From Laspinema sp. D2d (GTDB taxonomy: Bacteria; Cyanobacteriota; Cyanobacteriia; Cyanobacteriales; Laspinemataceae), in the NCBI RefSeq assembly GCF_025370755.1, contig NZ_JAMXFC010000004.1, forward strand, positions 39,282-81,504: 42,223 nucleotides of DNA. The letters run 5' to 3'. The notes beneath the pieces are model-generated. The model was not told the DNA's origin. It worked only from the letters and a program-made list of their open reading frames with translations, and searched no databases. Below, piece after piece: positions 9,344 to 19,703 of this stretch (position 1 is the stretch's first letter; the number at the start of each line of letters is the position of its first letter). The translations under genes were made by a program, and so were the position numbers.

Positions 9344-10084
9344 TTACTGAGCCAGCCAATTTTGGATGAGGTCCAGCAAGCTAGAACCGCCGAACCAAAG
9401 AGCCATCAAAATAGAGGTTGAGAGAATAAATCCCATCACACAAACCACTAACCCACCCAGGGTAATGGCTCCATCATCATCCAGTAAGCCAAAGCCAGTC
9501 ACGAAAATACCCATTGCTGGTAAGGTATTGGTCCCTGGGATGGGAATCATCATCGAAATTGCCATCAGGGCGATCGCACTGCCAATGACCACTCGACCCG
9601 GTAAACTTTTGCAGATATAGGTCAAGCGGGGACGAGACAGCAACTCAATTTTTTCCAACCAGGGAATCCCAGCTTTTAAAATGCCTTGGACCTTCGATAA
9701 GGCGATCGGGTGATTCATAACCTTATTCGGCATCCAAGGACGTTGAGCGCCAGCAATCAACTGAACCGCTAGGATAAAAATAACAATTCCAAATGGAGTC
9801 GAGTATCCAGGAGCCGGTACGGGCAAGGCTGAAGGTAACGACAAGAAGACAAACAAAAATCCAAAAATGCGTTCTCCAGCCAAGAGGATAATATCCGCTA
9901 AAATTACGCCTTCGGAACGTTCTTCGTCAAAAAAATAGCGATGCAATTCAACAGAAAGTCGAGCCACAGGGTTTAGGTGAAAGGTGAGATGAGGGAAATG
10001 GGGGAGGGGAGATGGGGGAGATGGGGAGAATCGGAAGAGCAGGAAGAAGGATTGTTCCTGTCTTTCTAGTCCCCCCTTTGGCAA
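9344..10084 (-). CDS. exopolysaccharide synthesis protein ExoD family (membrane protein); true start probably the GTG near 9966
   Basis: ExoD-like core ADIILLAGERIFGFLFVFLSLPSALPVPAPGYSTPFGIV...AGAQRPWMPNK. The first roughly 40 codons of the long ORF are encoded by the poly-G/C repeat and a hairpin, so they are unlikely to be translated. Confidence 0.7.
   Translation of the reverse strand: MPKGGLERQEQSFFLLFRFSPSPPSPLPHFPHLTFHLNPVARLSVELHRYFFDEERSEGVILADIILLAGERIFGFLFVFLSLPSALPVPAPGYSTPFGIVIFILAVQLIAGAQRPWMPNKVMNHPIALSKVQGILKAGIPWLEKIELLSRPRLTYICKSLPGRVVIGSAIALMAISMMIPIPGTNTLPAMGIFVTGFGLLDDDGAITLGGLVVCVMGFILSTSILMALWFGGSSLLDLIQNWLAQ
9991..10030 (-). repeat. C-rich (on minus) tandem repeat, same family as 1-110 and 5851-5905, in the 5' region of ExoD
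   Basis: The plus strand reads gagggaaatgggggaggggagatgggggagatggggagaa. Confidence 0.7.
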
Positions 10085-10092
10085 GGGGGGGT
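10071..10092 (-). terminator. GC hairpin (9-bp stem CCCCCCCTT/AAGGGGGGG) downstream of ahcY; candidate terminator
   Basis: ccccccctt tggc aaggggggg is a perfect inverted repeat 76 nt after the ahcY stop. No clear U-tract follows. Confidence 0.4.
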
Positions 10093-10167
10093 TAGGGGAG
10101 GTGTCTCTTCAGAATTTTGGCAGAAATTTATATCTTGTCCTTCCTCAAAGAAGACAACCCGATAATT

Positions 10168-11484
<1,317 letters not shown>

Positions 11485-11727
11485 CTACCTTACTCTATCG
11501 TTCCCTAGGCTGGGGAGGCCGATCGCCAGATTTGTTCTGGAGATCTTGCAATTGCGCTTCCGCTGGCGTTTCTATGTCCTCCGGTGAGGAGTCTTTTGGA
11601 GTGGACCATTGTAGTTTTTCCCGCAGGATGCCGGAATCTCAATGGGTCCCTCAGAGTCAGGATTCACAGGATCCATGACAGGGCGAACTTCCCTTAGTTT
11701 CCCCCCTTGCCTACAAAAAATCATGTT

Positions 11728-12786
11728 CTAAAACCCACAATCAGGGTTGAAAGAGAGTCGCCAATCTCGGTTAAAACCTGAGCCAAATGTTGCATAGCTG
11801 TAGCCAAGGCGATAGGGAAAATGTCCTAGAGGAATCGTTAGAGGGTCTACCCCATTGTAGTCAGTCTCCTGATGATGGATAGAAGACCACCCTACTCTTC
11901 TTTCAAACTGTGCATAATGTTCCCAGTTTAATTCTTTGGACTTATTGCCCGTTGCTTTTAATAGGGGGGTCTGAATACTGAAACCAAAGCGATTATTAGA
12001 ATATTTGCGCCATAGTCGATCAATTTCTTGGAGTTCAGAACAGGGAATTTCTGAGATTAATAAAGAAGCTGTAGCGCTTCTTGTATCTTCTCGATAGGGT
12101 TCTAGGACCTCTAAGGTTTTCCAGTCGGCTTCAACCCATTGCTTCAGGCGCAAGGCATCAATGATTGGGCAGTATTTCAAGCGATGGGTAATCGATGCCA
12201 CACCGTTCCAAACCCCACCACTTACCCCATTTCCAGTAGTCGCAGGTAAGTGACCCTCGGGGGCAGATTTAGAGAACTTAAGTTTCTGGTAAGTCCGCCA
12301 CTGACCCTGCCTCCGCCAACCCACGCGATCGCCAAATTTCTCGGCAATTTCTGGGGTATAATTTCCGACAACGCCACCGACTGATTCCCAAATCTGTTGT
12401 TGCCGGATAAAGCCAAAGCGATTATCACTGTAGTAATTCCAGAGGTTTGCTAAACTGTGCAAATCCTCACAATCTAGTTGTTCTACATCAGCTTGACTTA
12501 ACCACCCTTCCTGTTCTCGTTGGCTAATTTTTAATAAAATCTGAAACGTTTCGCGATCGGCGGCTTTCCATTCCTGATTCTTCAGCAAAGCTTGCAAGGG
12601 TTTATAGTTAATATTGGCAGTGGAGGTGAGCGGAAATCCCGGATCTGCTTTAGGACTCGGTTCCCACCAACAGGATTGTAAACTCAAACCCAAAATTAGG
12701 GCGACTGCCTTAATTTTTTTTCCGGCACCAGGAGAGATTAATCGACTGATTGTAAAAGCCACTATCAAAAATATTTTCAATCCCAT
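11728..12786 (-). CDS. GUN4 domain-containing protein (two tandem GUN4-like domains) with N-terminal signal/lipobox
   Basis: Two copies of the GUN4 signature, ...LWNYYSDNRFGFIRQQQIW... and ...LWRKYSNNRFGFSIQTPL.... The N-terminus has a hydrophobic helix followed by LSLQSC. Confidence 0.7.
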   Translation of the reverse strand: MGLKIFLIVAFTISRLISPGAGKKIKAVALILGLSLQSCWWEPSPKADPGFPLTSTANINYKPLQALLKNQEWKAADRETFQILLKISQREQEGWLSQADVEQLDCEDLHSLANLWNYYSDNRFGFIRQQQIWESVGGVVGNYTPEIAEKFGDRVGWRRQGQWRTYQKLKFSKSAPEGHLPATTGNGVSGGVWNGVASITHRLKYCPIIDALRLKQWVEADWKTLEVLEPYREDTRSATASLLISEIPCSELQEIDRLWRKYSNNRFGFSIQTPLLKATGNKSKELNWEHYAQFERRVGWSSIHHQETDYNGVDPLTIPLGHFPYRLGYSYATFGSGFNRDWRLSFNPDCGF

Positions 12787-13139
12787 ACTCTGAAAAATAA
12801 GGTCTAAATTGATTCAAATTAACAAAGTTTAAATTTTCCTTCTTTCCTCCCCCAAAGTCTGACAGACTTCTTGGTTTTTTCTACCATCCGGATGGGGTAG
12901 ACCTATCCAGCCTCGTTAAGTTTCCCAACTTAGAGGATGATTCTACAGGATAATCAGGCTAAAGTGATAGTAGAACAACTCAATAATGGGTCTAATCCTA
13001 TTATTGAGGATGTTTTGAGGTAAAGTCCAGCTATTTTGCCTTAACTTACCTAGACCTGAATTAGACAAGGCTTTTAAAGTCCCTTTGAGACCGTCTATAA
13101 CGGTTTCAACTTGTACGGATATTAACCTGAATAACTATC

Positions 13140-14078
13140 ATGGAAAATTTAGCATATTTACAGGCGGTTTTGGCCCTCGAATCAGTCCTGGAAGGATTAG
13201 AGCTTCACGAACCGGGACTCTTGAACTCAGGGGAAAGGGTTAAAGGACAACGTTTATCGGGTCCAGGATACCGTTATCAGTTAACGATCGCCCTGAGTCT
13301 CTCTCTCTTCAGTCTCATACAAGGGCCAGTCGCCTCCTATGTGATTCCCCCACAAGGACTGGGACGGGGAGATAGTGGGCCCCTCGTCACTTGTGTTCAG
13401 CAGATGCTGAAGGCAACGGGTTATTTTCACGGACCCGTTTCCGGTTTTTATGGACCGATGACGGAACAAGCGGTCTTAAAATGGGAACTAGAAAGTGCTG
13501 GGGTGGGCGATGGTGCGATCAATGCCTCAACAATTGCTCAAATGGGTTGTTATCAAGGGCAAAGGCCTCAGACTCCTCGTCCTGCTTCACCGAATACTAA
13601 TGCTAATCCGATGACGGGCGATCGCACCCTCTATGATTATGGCAGGGGTGCGCTGCAACCAGGCGATCGCGGGGGACAGGTGGCGCAATTACAGCAAGAA
13701 TTAATCGCTGCCGGTTACTTCACAGGTCCCGTTACCGGCTACTATGGCACATTGACGGAAGATGCGGTAATGCACGTCCAGCAGGATTACCATATCCCCA
13801 TCAATGGCGTTGCCGGGCCCAAAACCCGGTTAAAACTTGCAAAAACACCAGATCCGGTAACTCTCACTACAGAGACGCTGCGTCGGGGTTCTCAGGGTTC
13901 TGGGGTAGCTTCTCTTCAAGAAAATTTACGGAACTTAGGATACTATACAGGACCAATCAGCGGCTATTATGGACAACTCACCGAGGCAGCAGTGATGGAA
14001 TTACAACGCGATCGCCGCCTCCATGCCGATGGCATTGCCGGTCCTGAAACCCAAAGTATCTTGGTTGCTTTGTATTAA
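13140..14078 (+). CDS. peptidoglycan-binding protein with three PG_binding_1 repeats
   Basis: Three repeats of the G(D/S)xGxxVxxLQxxLxxxGYYxGPxxGYYGxxTExAV motif. Confidence 0.8.
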   Translation: MENLAYLQAVLALESVLEGLELHEPGLLNSGERVKGQRLSGPGYRYQLTIALSLSLFSLIQGPVASYVIPPQGLGRGDSGPLVTCVQQMLKATGYFHGPVSGFYGPMTEQAVLKWELESAGVGDGAINASTIAQMGCYQGQRPQTPRPASPNTNANPMTGDRTLYDYGRGALQPGDRGGQVAQLQQELIAAGYFTGPVTGYYGTLTEDAVMHVQQDYHIPINGVAGPKTRLKLAKTPDPVTLTTETLRRGSQGSGVASLQENLRNLGYYTGPISGYYGQLTEAAVMELQRDRRLHADGIAGPETQSILVALY

Positions 14079-14152
14079 AATCTGTATTCAAACCAAAAAG
14101 CGATCGCCTCCAACCCTGGGAAACTGCGATCGCTTTTCATCCAAAACCCCAT

Positions 14153-14833
14153 TTAAGAAACCAGTGCCTTTCCGGGATAGATTTCCCGCTTGCGAGTTTT
14201 TTTATCCAAGTAAATCCACTCTAAATCTTGAAGGCGGTTCACCAAATTAGAGATACTCACCCCCAATTCCTCTCGCATTTCGTATAAGTGAGACCAATAG
14301 GTTAAATCCCGTCCTTGGCGTTTCTCTTCTAAAATCCGTTTCGGCATCAGTAGGCAACCCGCAAAATACTGTGCTTGCCACTCCATAGACTCTAACACCG
14401 AGGCATGATTCAGGGGACTGTTCCCTTCCCGACTCCCGCGACAGACAAAGGGTTCATCGGTTGCTGGGGTGAGGTCTGTGATCAGGCGATCGCCCGTTTC
14501 CGTCGTCGCCTCATGATTAATATGAAGCACCCAATGGCCGATTTCATGCGCTAGGGTGGATTCCTGGAATCCCTGGGGTTTATCGAGAATCTCTTCATTG
14601 ATCTCGATACAGCGTTGCAGGGGGAGAATCCTCGCTGCGATCGCCCCTTGTTCATCCGGTGGAATCCGTTCCCATATCACCCCGAGGTCAAAAAAATCCG
14701 CAACCAAAGTCACGTCAAACGGCCAGGAAGGAGCAAATTGCTCCCCGCGCTGTGCCATTCGCCTGAGTACATTATTCGCCTGATACTCAATCGCTTCTTT
14801 GCGATAATAGCGATACGGCTTAAAAATACTCAA
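14153..14833 (-). CDS. ImmA/IrrE-family zinc metallopeptidase (DUF955)
   Basis: HEXXH zincin motif LAHEIGHWVLH. 226 aa. Begins 3 nt after the stop of the upstream XRE gene. Confidence 0.85.
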   Translation of the reverse strand: MSIFKPYRYYRKEAIEYQANNVLRRMAQRGEQFAPSWPFDVTLVADFFDLGVIWERIPPDEQGAIAARILPLQRCIEINEEILDKPQGFQESTLAHEIGHWVLHINHEATTETGDRLITDLTPATDEPFVCRGSREGNSPLNHASVLESMEWQAQYFAGCLLMPKRILEEKRQGRDLTYWSHLYEMREELGVSISNLVNRLQDLEWIYLDKKTRKREIYPGKALVS

Positions 14834-14835
14834 GA

Positions 14836-15177
14836 TTATTCCCCCTCGCTTGCCACCTGCTGAAACACCTTCTCTGCAAAATCAGGATTTTCTCGCATCC
14901 GCCGCAGCAATGCAGGCATCGCTTTATAGTTTTGCTTGAGAAAATCCTCGTACCGTTGCGGAAGACGACCGGCGAGGACGATAGACTCCTCCTCATCCAA
15001 ATCCAGATTCCGCGCCAAAGACCGAATCACTTCCTCTTTAGGTGCATAGTCTGCGCGATCGTTTTCCAGCTTGGACAAGTATGTGAAATCGACATCCAGA
15101 AGCTTGGCAAGCTCCCGTTGGCTATATCCCTTGTCCTTGCGCGCTTGACGAATTAGTTTACCAAAACTCTGTTCCAC
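14836..15177 (-). CDS. XRE-family helix-turn-helix transcriptional regulator (ImmR-like)
   Basis: HTH_XRE signature IRQARKDKGYSQRELAKLLDVDFTYLSKLEN. 113 aa. Co-operonic with the ImmA-like protease. Confidence 0.85.
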   Translation of the reverse strand: MEQSFGKLIRQARKDKGYSQRELAKLLDVDFTYLSKLENDRADYAPKEEVIRSLARNLDLDEEESIVLAGRLPQRYEDFLKQNYKAMPALLRRMRENPDFAEKVFQQVASEGE

Positions 15178-15227
15178 GTCTTTAAATACCCACTACATCT
15201 GCATTGTAGGTGACTTTGAAAAAAAAA

Positions 15228-15293
15228 TCAACTTTTAGGTTGACGAAAAAATCAAACCACGTTAAACTAGGTTTAGTTGAACAATGATTCAAC
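15228..15293. promoter_or_regulatory. divergent promoter region with two inverted repeats sharing the half-site GTTGA/TCAAC; candidate operators for the XRE regulator
   Basis: TCAAC-ttttag-GTTGA at 15228-15243 and GTTGAA-caatga-TTCAAC at 15276-15293. Both lie in the 208-nt spacer between the XRE gene (minus) and the 15446 gene (plus). Confidence 0.45.
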
Positions 15294-15445
15294 AAGACAG
15301 GCGCTAGGGGTGGAGTAGCAGCTCCCAGCTTCTTCCGACTGACACGCTAGACCTAGTAAAAGCCAGGGTCGGGTAACAGACGGGTTTGGGCCAATCCACA
15401 GCGCCATACGGGAGGGTGCCACACAAACAAGACAGGAGAGGAACG

Positions 15446-15805
15446 ATGCTCAAAACCTGGACTGATACTCACTATAAGCTTGAAGACGGGGACTGGCTCT
15501 ATATTGCCAAACATGATGACCAAGGTGCCGCTTCCCTCATCTGTCCGGGTTATGCCCGCGATGGTTCGGGGTTCACGATCCATTTTACCCCAGCCCATAT
15601 CGAACTGTTACAAAATCTGCTGGCAGTTTTACAAAGTACCCAAAGCATCTCCGCCTCGGAGTCGGTTCGGGGGACCAACGGCAACCCTTGGGTAGAACAA
15701 TATCCCAACCCGGAGGCGGCTAAAATTGAGTCTCATTCCGGAGAAGAAGTGGGTTACAAATATCCCAATTCCGCCCCCGTTACCCCTCGTCCAGTGATTC
15801 GGTAA
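15446..15805 (+). CDS. hypothetical protein (about 120 aa)
   Basis: ORF with a GGAGAGG Shine-Dalgarno 8 nt upstream of the Met at 15446. No recognisable domain. Confidence 0.5.
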   Translation: MLKTWTDTHYKLEDGDWLYIAKHDDQGAASLICPGYARDGSGFTIHFTPAHIELLQNLLAVLQSTQSISASESVRGTNGNPWVEQYPNPEAAKIESHSGEEVGYKYPNSAPVTPRPVIR

Positions 15806-15809
15806 TTCC

Positions 15810-16586
15810 GTGCAATTCATGGGGGATAGGTTACTCAAAATGGCTAAAGATAAACCAGAGAATTCAGCAGCTTTACACAACACTACAGGAGTAGAAACCA
15901 TGTCTAAGAAAGCGACAATTTCCGTATTTGGAACCAAGCCCGAAAATGCCATTGTTGTTCCTGAGTTACCGATTTCTGCCAAAAACAATTGTCAGGCGGG
16001 GAAATGGACGATTGGAGATGAAGAATATGGATCTAAGTTAGCTATGACTATCCTCAAATTCAGTAAGTTTTATGGGAGTTTGGGGCAGACTAAAAATACT
16101 TTGTGGGGACAAATTTGGTTTGTGGCCGAAGGGGGAGAACTGCCCCATGATGTGGTGATGGTTACCTATGTTAAAGGCCGCAGTCTCAGTGATTTTAATC
16201 GGCTAGTTGCTTCGGTGCAGGCGCGAGGAGTTGAACCGGCAGAAGGAGTATTTGTTCCTGATTTCATCAAGCATTCAGGACAAAAGCCCGATGAGAATGG
16301 GGTGATTAAACCGATTAATTATTATAGCCTGAAATGGGACTGGATTGAACGGTCAAATTGGGAGATGGTGGAACAAGCGGCGATCGTCTTGTCTGATCCC
16401 CAAAATCTGAGTCGGATGATTGACTTGGAAGGAACTCGGGAAATGATTTGTTTGGATAATCTACCTCCGGCTGAAATTGCTTGTTTGATGGCAGCGCATT
16501 TGGAGGGTCCAACTTCGGGAGATATGGCATTGCCTGCGGCAGTTTCTCATGATTTGATGCGGGAACCTGCGCTTGCTAATGGTTAA
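15810..16586 (+). CDS. hypothetical protein (258 aa; start may be the Met at 15900)
   Basis: Compact ORF 5 nt after the previous stop. No recognisable domain. Confidence 0.55.
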   Translation: MQFMGDRLLKMAKDKPENSAALHNTTGVETMSKKATISVFGTKPENAIVVPELPISAKNNCQAGKWTIGDEEYGSKLAMTILKFSKFYGSLGQTKNTLWGQIWFVAEGGELPHDVVMVTYVKGRSLSDFNRLVASVQARGVEPAEGVFVPDFIKHSGQKPDENGVIKPINYYSLKWDWIERSNWEMVEQAAIVLSDPQNLSRMIDLEGTREMICLDNLPPAEIACLMAAHLEGPTSGDMALPAAVSHDLMREPALANG

Positions 16587-16692
16587 TTAGACTGTTGCAA
16601 AATATGGGAGAGATCCCCCCAACCCCCCTTAAGAAGGGGGGCTTTTTAGAAATTTGCAAGGAGTCTATTGAGTCGGATAAAACAACGGGGAG

Positions 16693-17040
16693 ATGCATGA
16701 AGCATCTCTCCTTTCACCGGGTTTAGATAAATTCATGAAAAAAATTGCCAAACTCACCCGCCAGTCAGTCTGGGAAAATCAGTTGAAGGGAAATCTGACT
16801 ACGATTGAGGAGATTCGTACTGATACGTTAAATGATTTACAACTCCTCAGCGAAGATTTTCAACATTTGCATCTAGTAGTTACTTCGGTTCAGCAGAATT
16901 ATGCTGCATTATTAAAGCAAAATCGCCAAATGAGAGCGATGCTTTTACAGGTGGTAGACGAGTGTTTTTGTTGGCAAGGCAATCGTTGCGATCGCTGTAA
17001 TGCCATTCTCCAGCTTCTCTCCAACCGTCAGCTAGAGTAA
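16693..17040 (+). CDS. hypothetical small protein with C-terminal Cys cluster (CFCWQGNRCDRC)
   Basis: 115-aa ORF with a predicted coiled coil and a Cys-x-Cys...Cys-xx-Cys tail. Followed by a hairpin at about 17058-17085. Confidence 0.45.
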   Translation: MHEASLLSPGLDKFMKKIAKLTRQSVWENQLKGNLTTIEEIRTDTLNDLQLLSEDFQHLHLVVTSVQQNYAALLKQNRQMRAMLLQVVDECFCWQGNRCDRCNAILQLLSNRQLE

Positions 17041-17351
17041 TGGGTAACTAAAAAAAAATCCGCATTTAGCCGCTGCGGGTTTTCATCCGGGAAGGTTGAG
17101 AAATTTAATCTTTTTTTAAAGGATTTATTTTTCTTGACAACGAGTAGTTTTCGGTTAAAATCTGGACAAGGTAAGTAGAAGGGGGAAAAGAGTTCTCCCG
17201 GGAAATAGTACCCTTCCAGTGATTGTTTTTGGCTACAAACTTAGGTTTAACCCATCCGTGAATCCCGGGATGAGTTAATCACCCCCTATTCTAAATTACC
17301 CATTTGATTAAGCTTTTCCCATCTAAACTATTGGAAATAGGAGGAAAATTC

Positions 17352-18350
17352 ATGTCCCAAACCCCGGTTAAAGACAGTAAAGCTCAAATTTTAGCCCAAT
17401 TTCAACAACTCCTTGCCAGTCGCCAAGGGACTGCCTCTAAAGTCGCCACGAAAGAGGAGGAAGCAGAAAAGGAGAAAAATAAAGAACTCCTCGCCGTTGC
17501 CTCGACTTACACCATTGATACCATTGTCAAAGGATTAGCAGATCTGCAACTGGATTTTGGGAGTATTGTCACCCAACTAGGGGAGAAACTGAACACAGAA
17601 ACTGCTAAACTGGACGAACTTAAACGGGCGATCGCCATTGAAACCGATCGCCTAGAAGAATTACGCCAAATTCGAGTTGTTGCCGATGCGCTGCATATTC
17701 TCACCCAAGAACATCAAGAAAAGTTAGCACTGCTGGATCATCAGGCGGCTTTACAACAAGAAGCCATTGAAATGGACCAAGCACAAAAGCGCAAAGCATG
17801 GCAAAAAGAACAAGAAGAATTTGACAGCTTGGTGCAAGAACAAGATGAAGCTATCACCAAAGAACGGAAACAGGAAGCCGCCGATTATGATTATGAACGG
17901 CTGCGAATTCAAGAATTAGAAACTGATGAATATGAAGAACGGAAGCGGCAACAAGAGCGTGAGTTAAAAGAGATTGCCCGCGAGAAACAAAAGAACTGGA
18001 CGGAACGCGAGAAATATTTAACTGAAAATCAAGCCGAATTTACAGCCAATCAGCAGAAGATTGCTGGATTCGAGGAAGAATTGAAACAAGCTTATATTAA
18101 AGCCAAAGAAGAGGCGATCGCGGAAGTGAAACGGGAAGCCAAAGTTAAATCTGACCTGTATGAGAAAGAGTGGGAAGGTACGAAGCAAGGGTATGATTTA
18201 ACCCTGCAATCCCTCAATAGCAATCTTGAGCGCCAAACTCAACAAATTGCGGATATTAACGCCCAGCTACAAGCGGCGACGCGACAAGCTCAAGATTTAG
18301 CAATGCGAGCGTTTCAAACCTCATCCAATGTGAGTTCTGGCTCGAAATAA
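17352..18350 (+). CDS. coiled-coil-rich protein (paralog A)
   Basis: AGGAGG Shine-Dalgarno precedes the Met at 17352. Extremely E/K/Q-rich heptad-type sequence. Shares N- and C-terminal blocks with the next gene. Confidence 0.7.
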   Translation: MSQTPVKDSKAQILAQFQQLLASRQGTASKVATKEEEAEKEKNKELLAVASTYTIDTIVKGLADLQLDFGSIVTQLGEKLNTETAKLDELKRAIAIETDRLEELRQIRVVADALHILTQEHQEKLALLDHQAALQQEAIEMDQAQKRKAWQKEQEEFDSLVQEQDEAITKERKQEAADYDYERLRIQELETDEYEERKRQQERELKEIAREKQKNWTEREKYLTENQAEFTANQQKIAGFEEELKQAYIKAKEEAIAEVKREAKVKSDLYEKEWEGTKQGYDLTLQSLNSNLERQTQQIADINAQLQAATRQAQDLAMRAFQTSSNVSSGSK

Positions 18351-18363
18351 TAGCAAACAATCG

Positions 18364-18410
18364 CACCCTCAAGGGTGGATTTACAGGGACAAAGCCTGCC
18401 TCCGCAGGCT
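18364..18410 (+). terminator. double hairpin after coiled-coil gene A
   Basis: The two hairpins are caccc-tcaa-gggtg and agcctgc-ctcc-gcaggct. Confidence 0.45.
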
Positions 18411-18501
18411 AATCCAGGAATTGCAAGGTAGGAATTAACGGTTTTGGGTTAATTCTGACTGCTTTTCACAATTAAACCTCAATATTATTTGGAGAAGTCG
18501 G

Positions 18502-19599
18502 ATGGCGAAAAAAATTACCGCTAAAAGTACCAAAGCGGAAATCATGGAAGTTTTAGAGGAATTAGAAAAGGAAAACTCAGGACTAGAGGCGCAAGTCAAG
18601 CAACTCGCTAAAGAAAAACAAGCAGCAGCAAAAAACATCATTTCAGCGGTTAAAGAAGTTAATTCATCTGAATCAAAAATCCCTATGAATCCCACCCCAA
18701 CTGCGCAGCAGAAAATCAATCAAACCATTGAAAGTTTGCAACTGTTACAATTAGGGTTTGGCGGTGCCGTGAGTGATTTGTCGGAGCGGCTGACTTCGGA
18801 AGCGGCTAAACTGCATGAATTGGAAGAATCGGTCAATCAGGAGGTAGAAAACCTTCAAACTTTACATAATTTGGAAGTCTCGGAGGAGACGTTAGACGGG
18901 TTAATCCAAACCTATCAAGAACGAGCGAAAACCTTTCAAATCGAAATCACCGATCGCCAGGATACCTTAGAGCAGCAAATCCAAACCCTGAAGAAAACCT
19001 GGGAAAAAGAACAAGAAACCCATCAACGTGAGAGTAAAGAACGCAATACCACCAGGCAGAAACAGCAACAGCGGGATGCTGAAGAATACCGCTATAGCTT
19101 AGAACGCGATCGCCACCTGGCGCAGGAAGAATATGAGCAAACCCAAAAAAGCTTGTATCAAGAACTAGCAGAAATCCGCCAAACCCAGGAACAAGAATGG
19201 ACTGAACGGGAAAACGCGATCGCAGAACGAGAGAAACAGTATGCCGAAGCTAAAGCCAAAGTCGAGGCACATCCCAAAGAATTGGAAACCAACATCAAAA
19301 ATGGCAAAGACAGTGGACGGAATATTGGCAACTATCAAGCCAAAATCGCCTCAGATTTACGAAGCAAAGAAGTAGAAGGACTGCAACGCTCTTATCAACT
19401 GCAAATTAGCGCATTAGAAGTGAGCATTAACAACCAAGAAGAACGCATCAAGACCCTGACTAAACAATTGGAATCGGCACTCAAACAGGTGCAAGATTTG
19501 GCAGTCAAGGCGATCGAAGGGACATCCAATGCCAACTCCTTCCAAGCCTTACGGGAAATTGCCGTGGAACAAGCCAAAAATCTGCCAAAAAGCAAATAA
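18502..19599 (+). CDS. coiled-coil-rich protein (paralog B)
   Basis: Shared blocks with paralog A: LQLGFGGAVSDLSERLTSEAAKLHEL versus LQLDFGSIVTQLGEKLNTETAKLDEL. The C-terminal QDLA(V/M)(K/R)A block is also shared. Confidence 0.7.
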   Translation: MAKKITAKSTKAEIMEVLEELEKENSGLEAQVKQLAKEKQAAAKNIISAVKEVNSSESKIPMNPTPTAQQKINQTIESLQLLQLGFGGAVSDLSERLTSEAAKLHELEESVNQEVENLQTLHNLEVSEETLDGLIQTYQERAKTFQIEITDRQDTLEQQIQTLKKTWEKEQETHQRESKERNTTRQKQQQRDAEEYRYSLERDRHLAQEEYEQTQKSLYQELAEIRQTQEQEWTERENAIAEREKQYAEAKAKVEAHPKELETNIKNGKDSGRNIGNYQAKIASDLRSKEVEGLQRSYQLQISALEVSINNQEERIKTLTKQLESALKQVQDLAVKAIEGTSNANSFQALREIAVEQAKNLPKSK

Positions 19600-19703
19600 T
19601 CGAATTTTAGTGTTATTTTAACTAGGGGCAATTGATTAATTGTCCCTAGTTTTCTGTATTTAAGACGGGTAAATCCTCATCAAACGTTGAGAACCGAGGC
19701 TCC

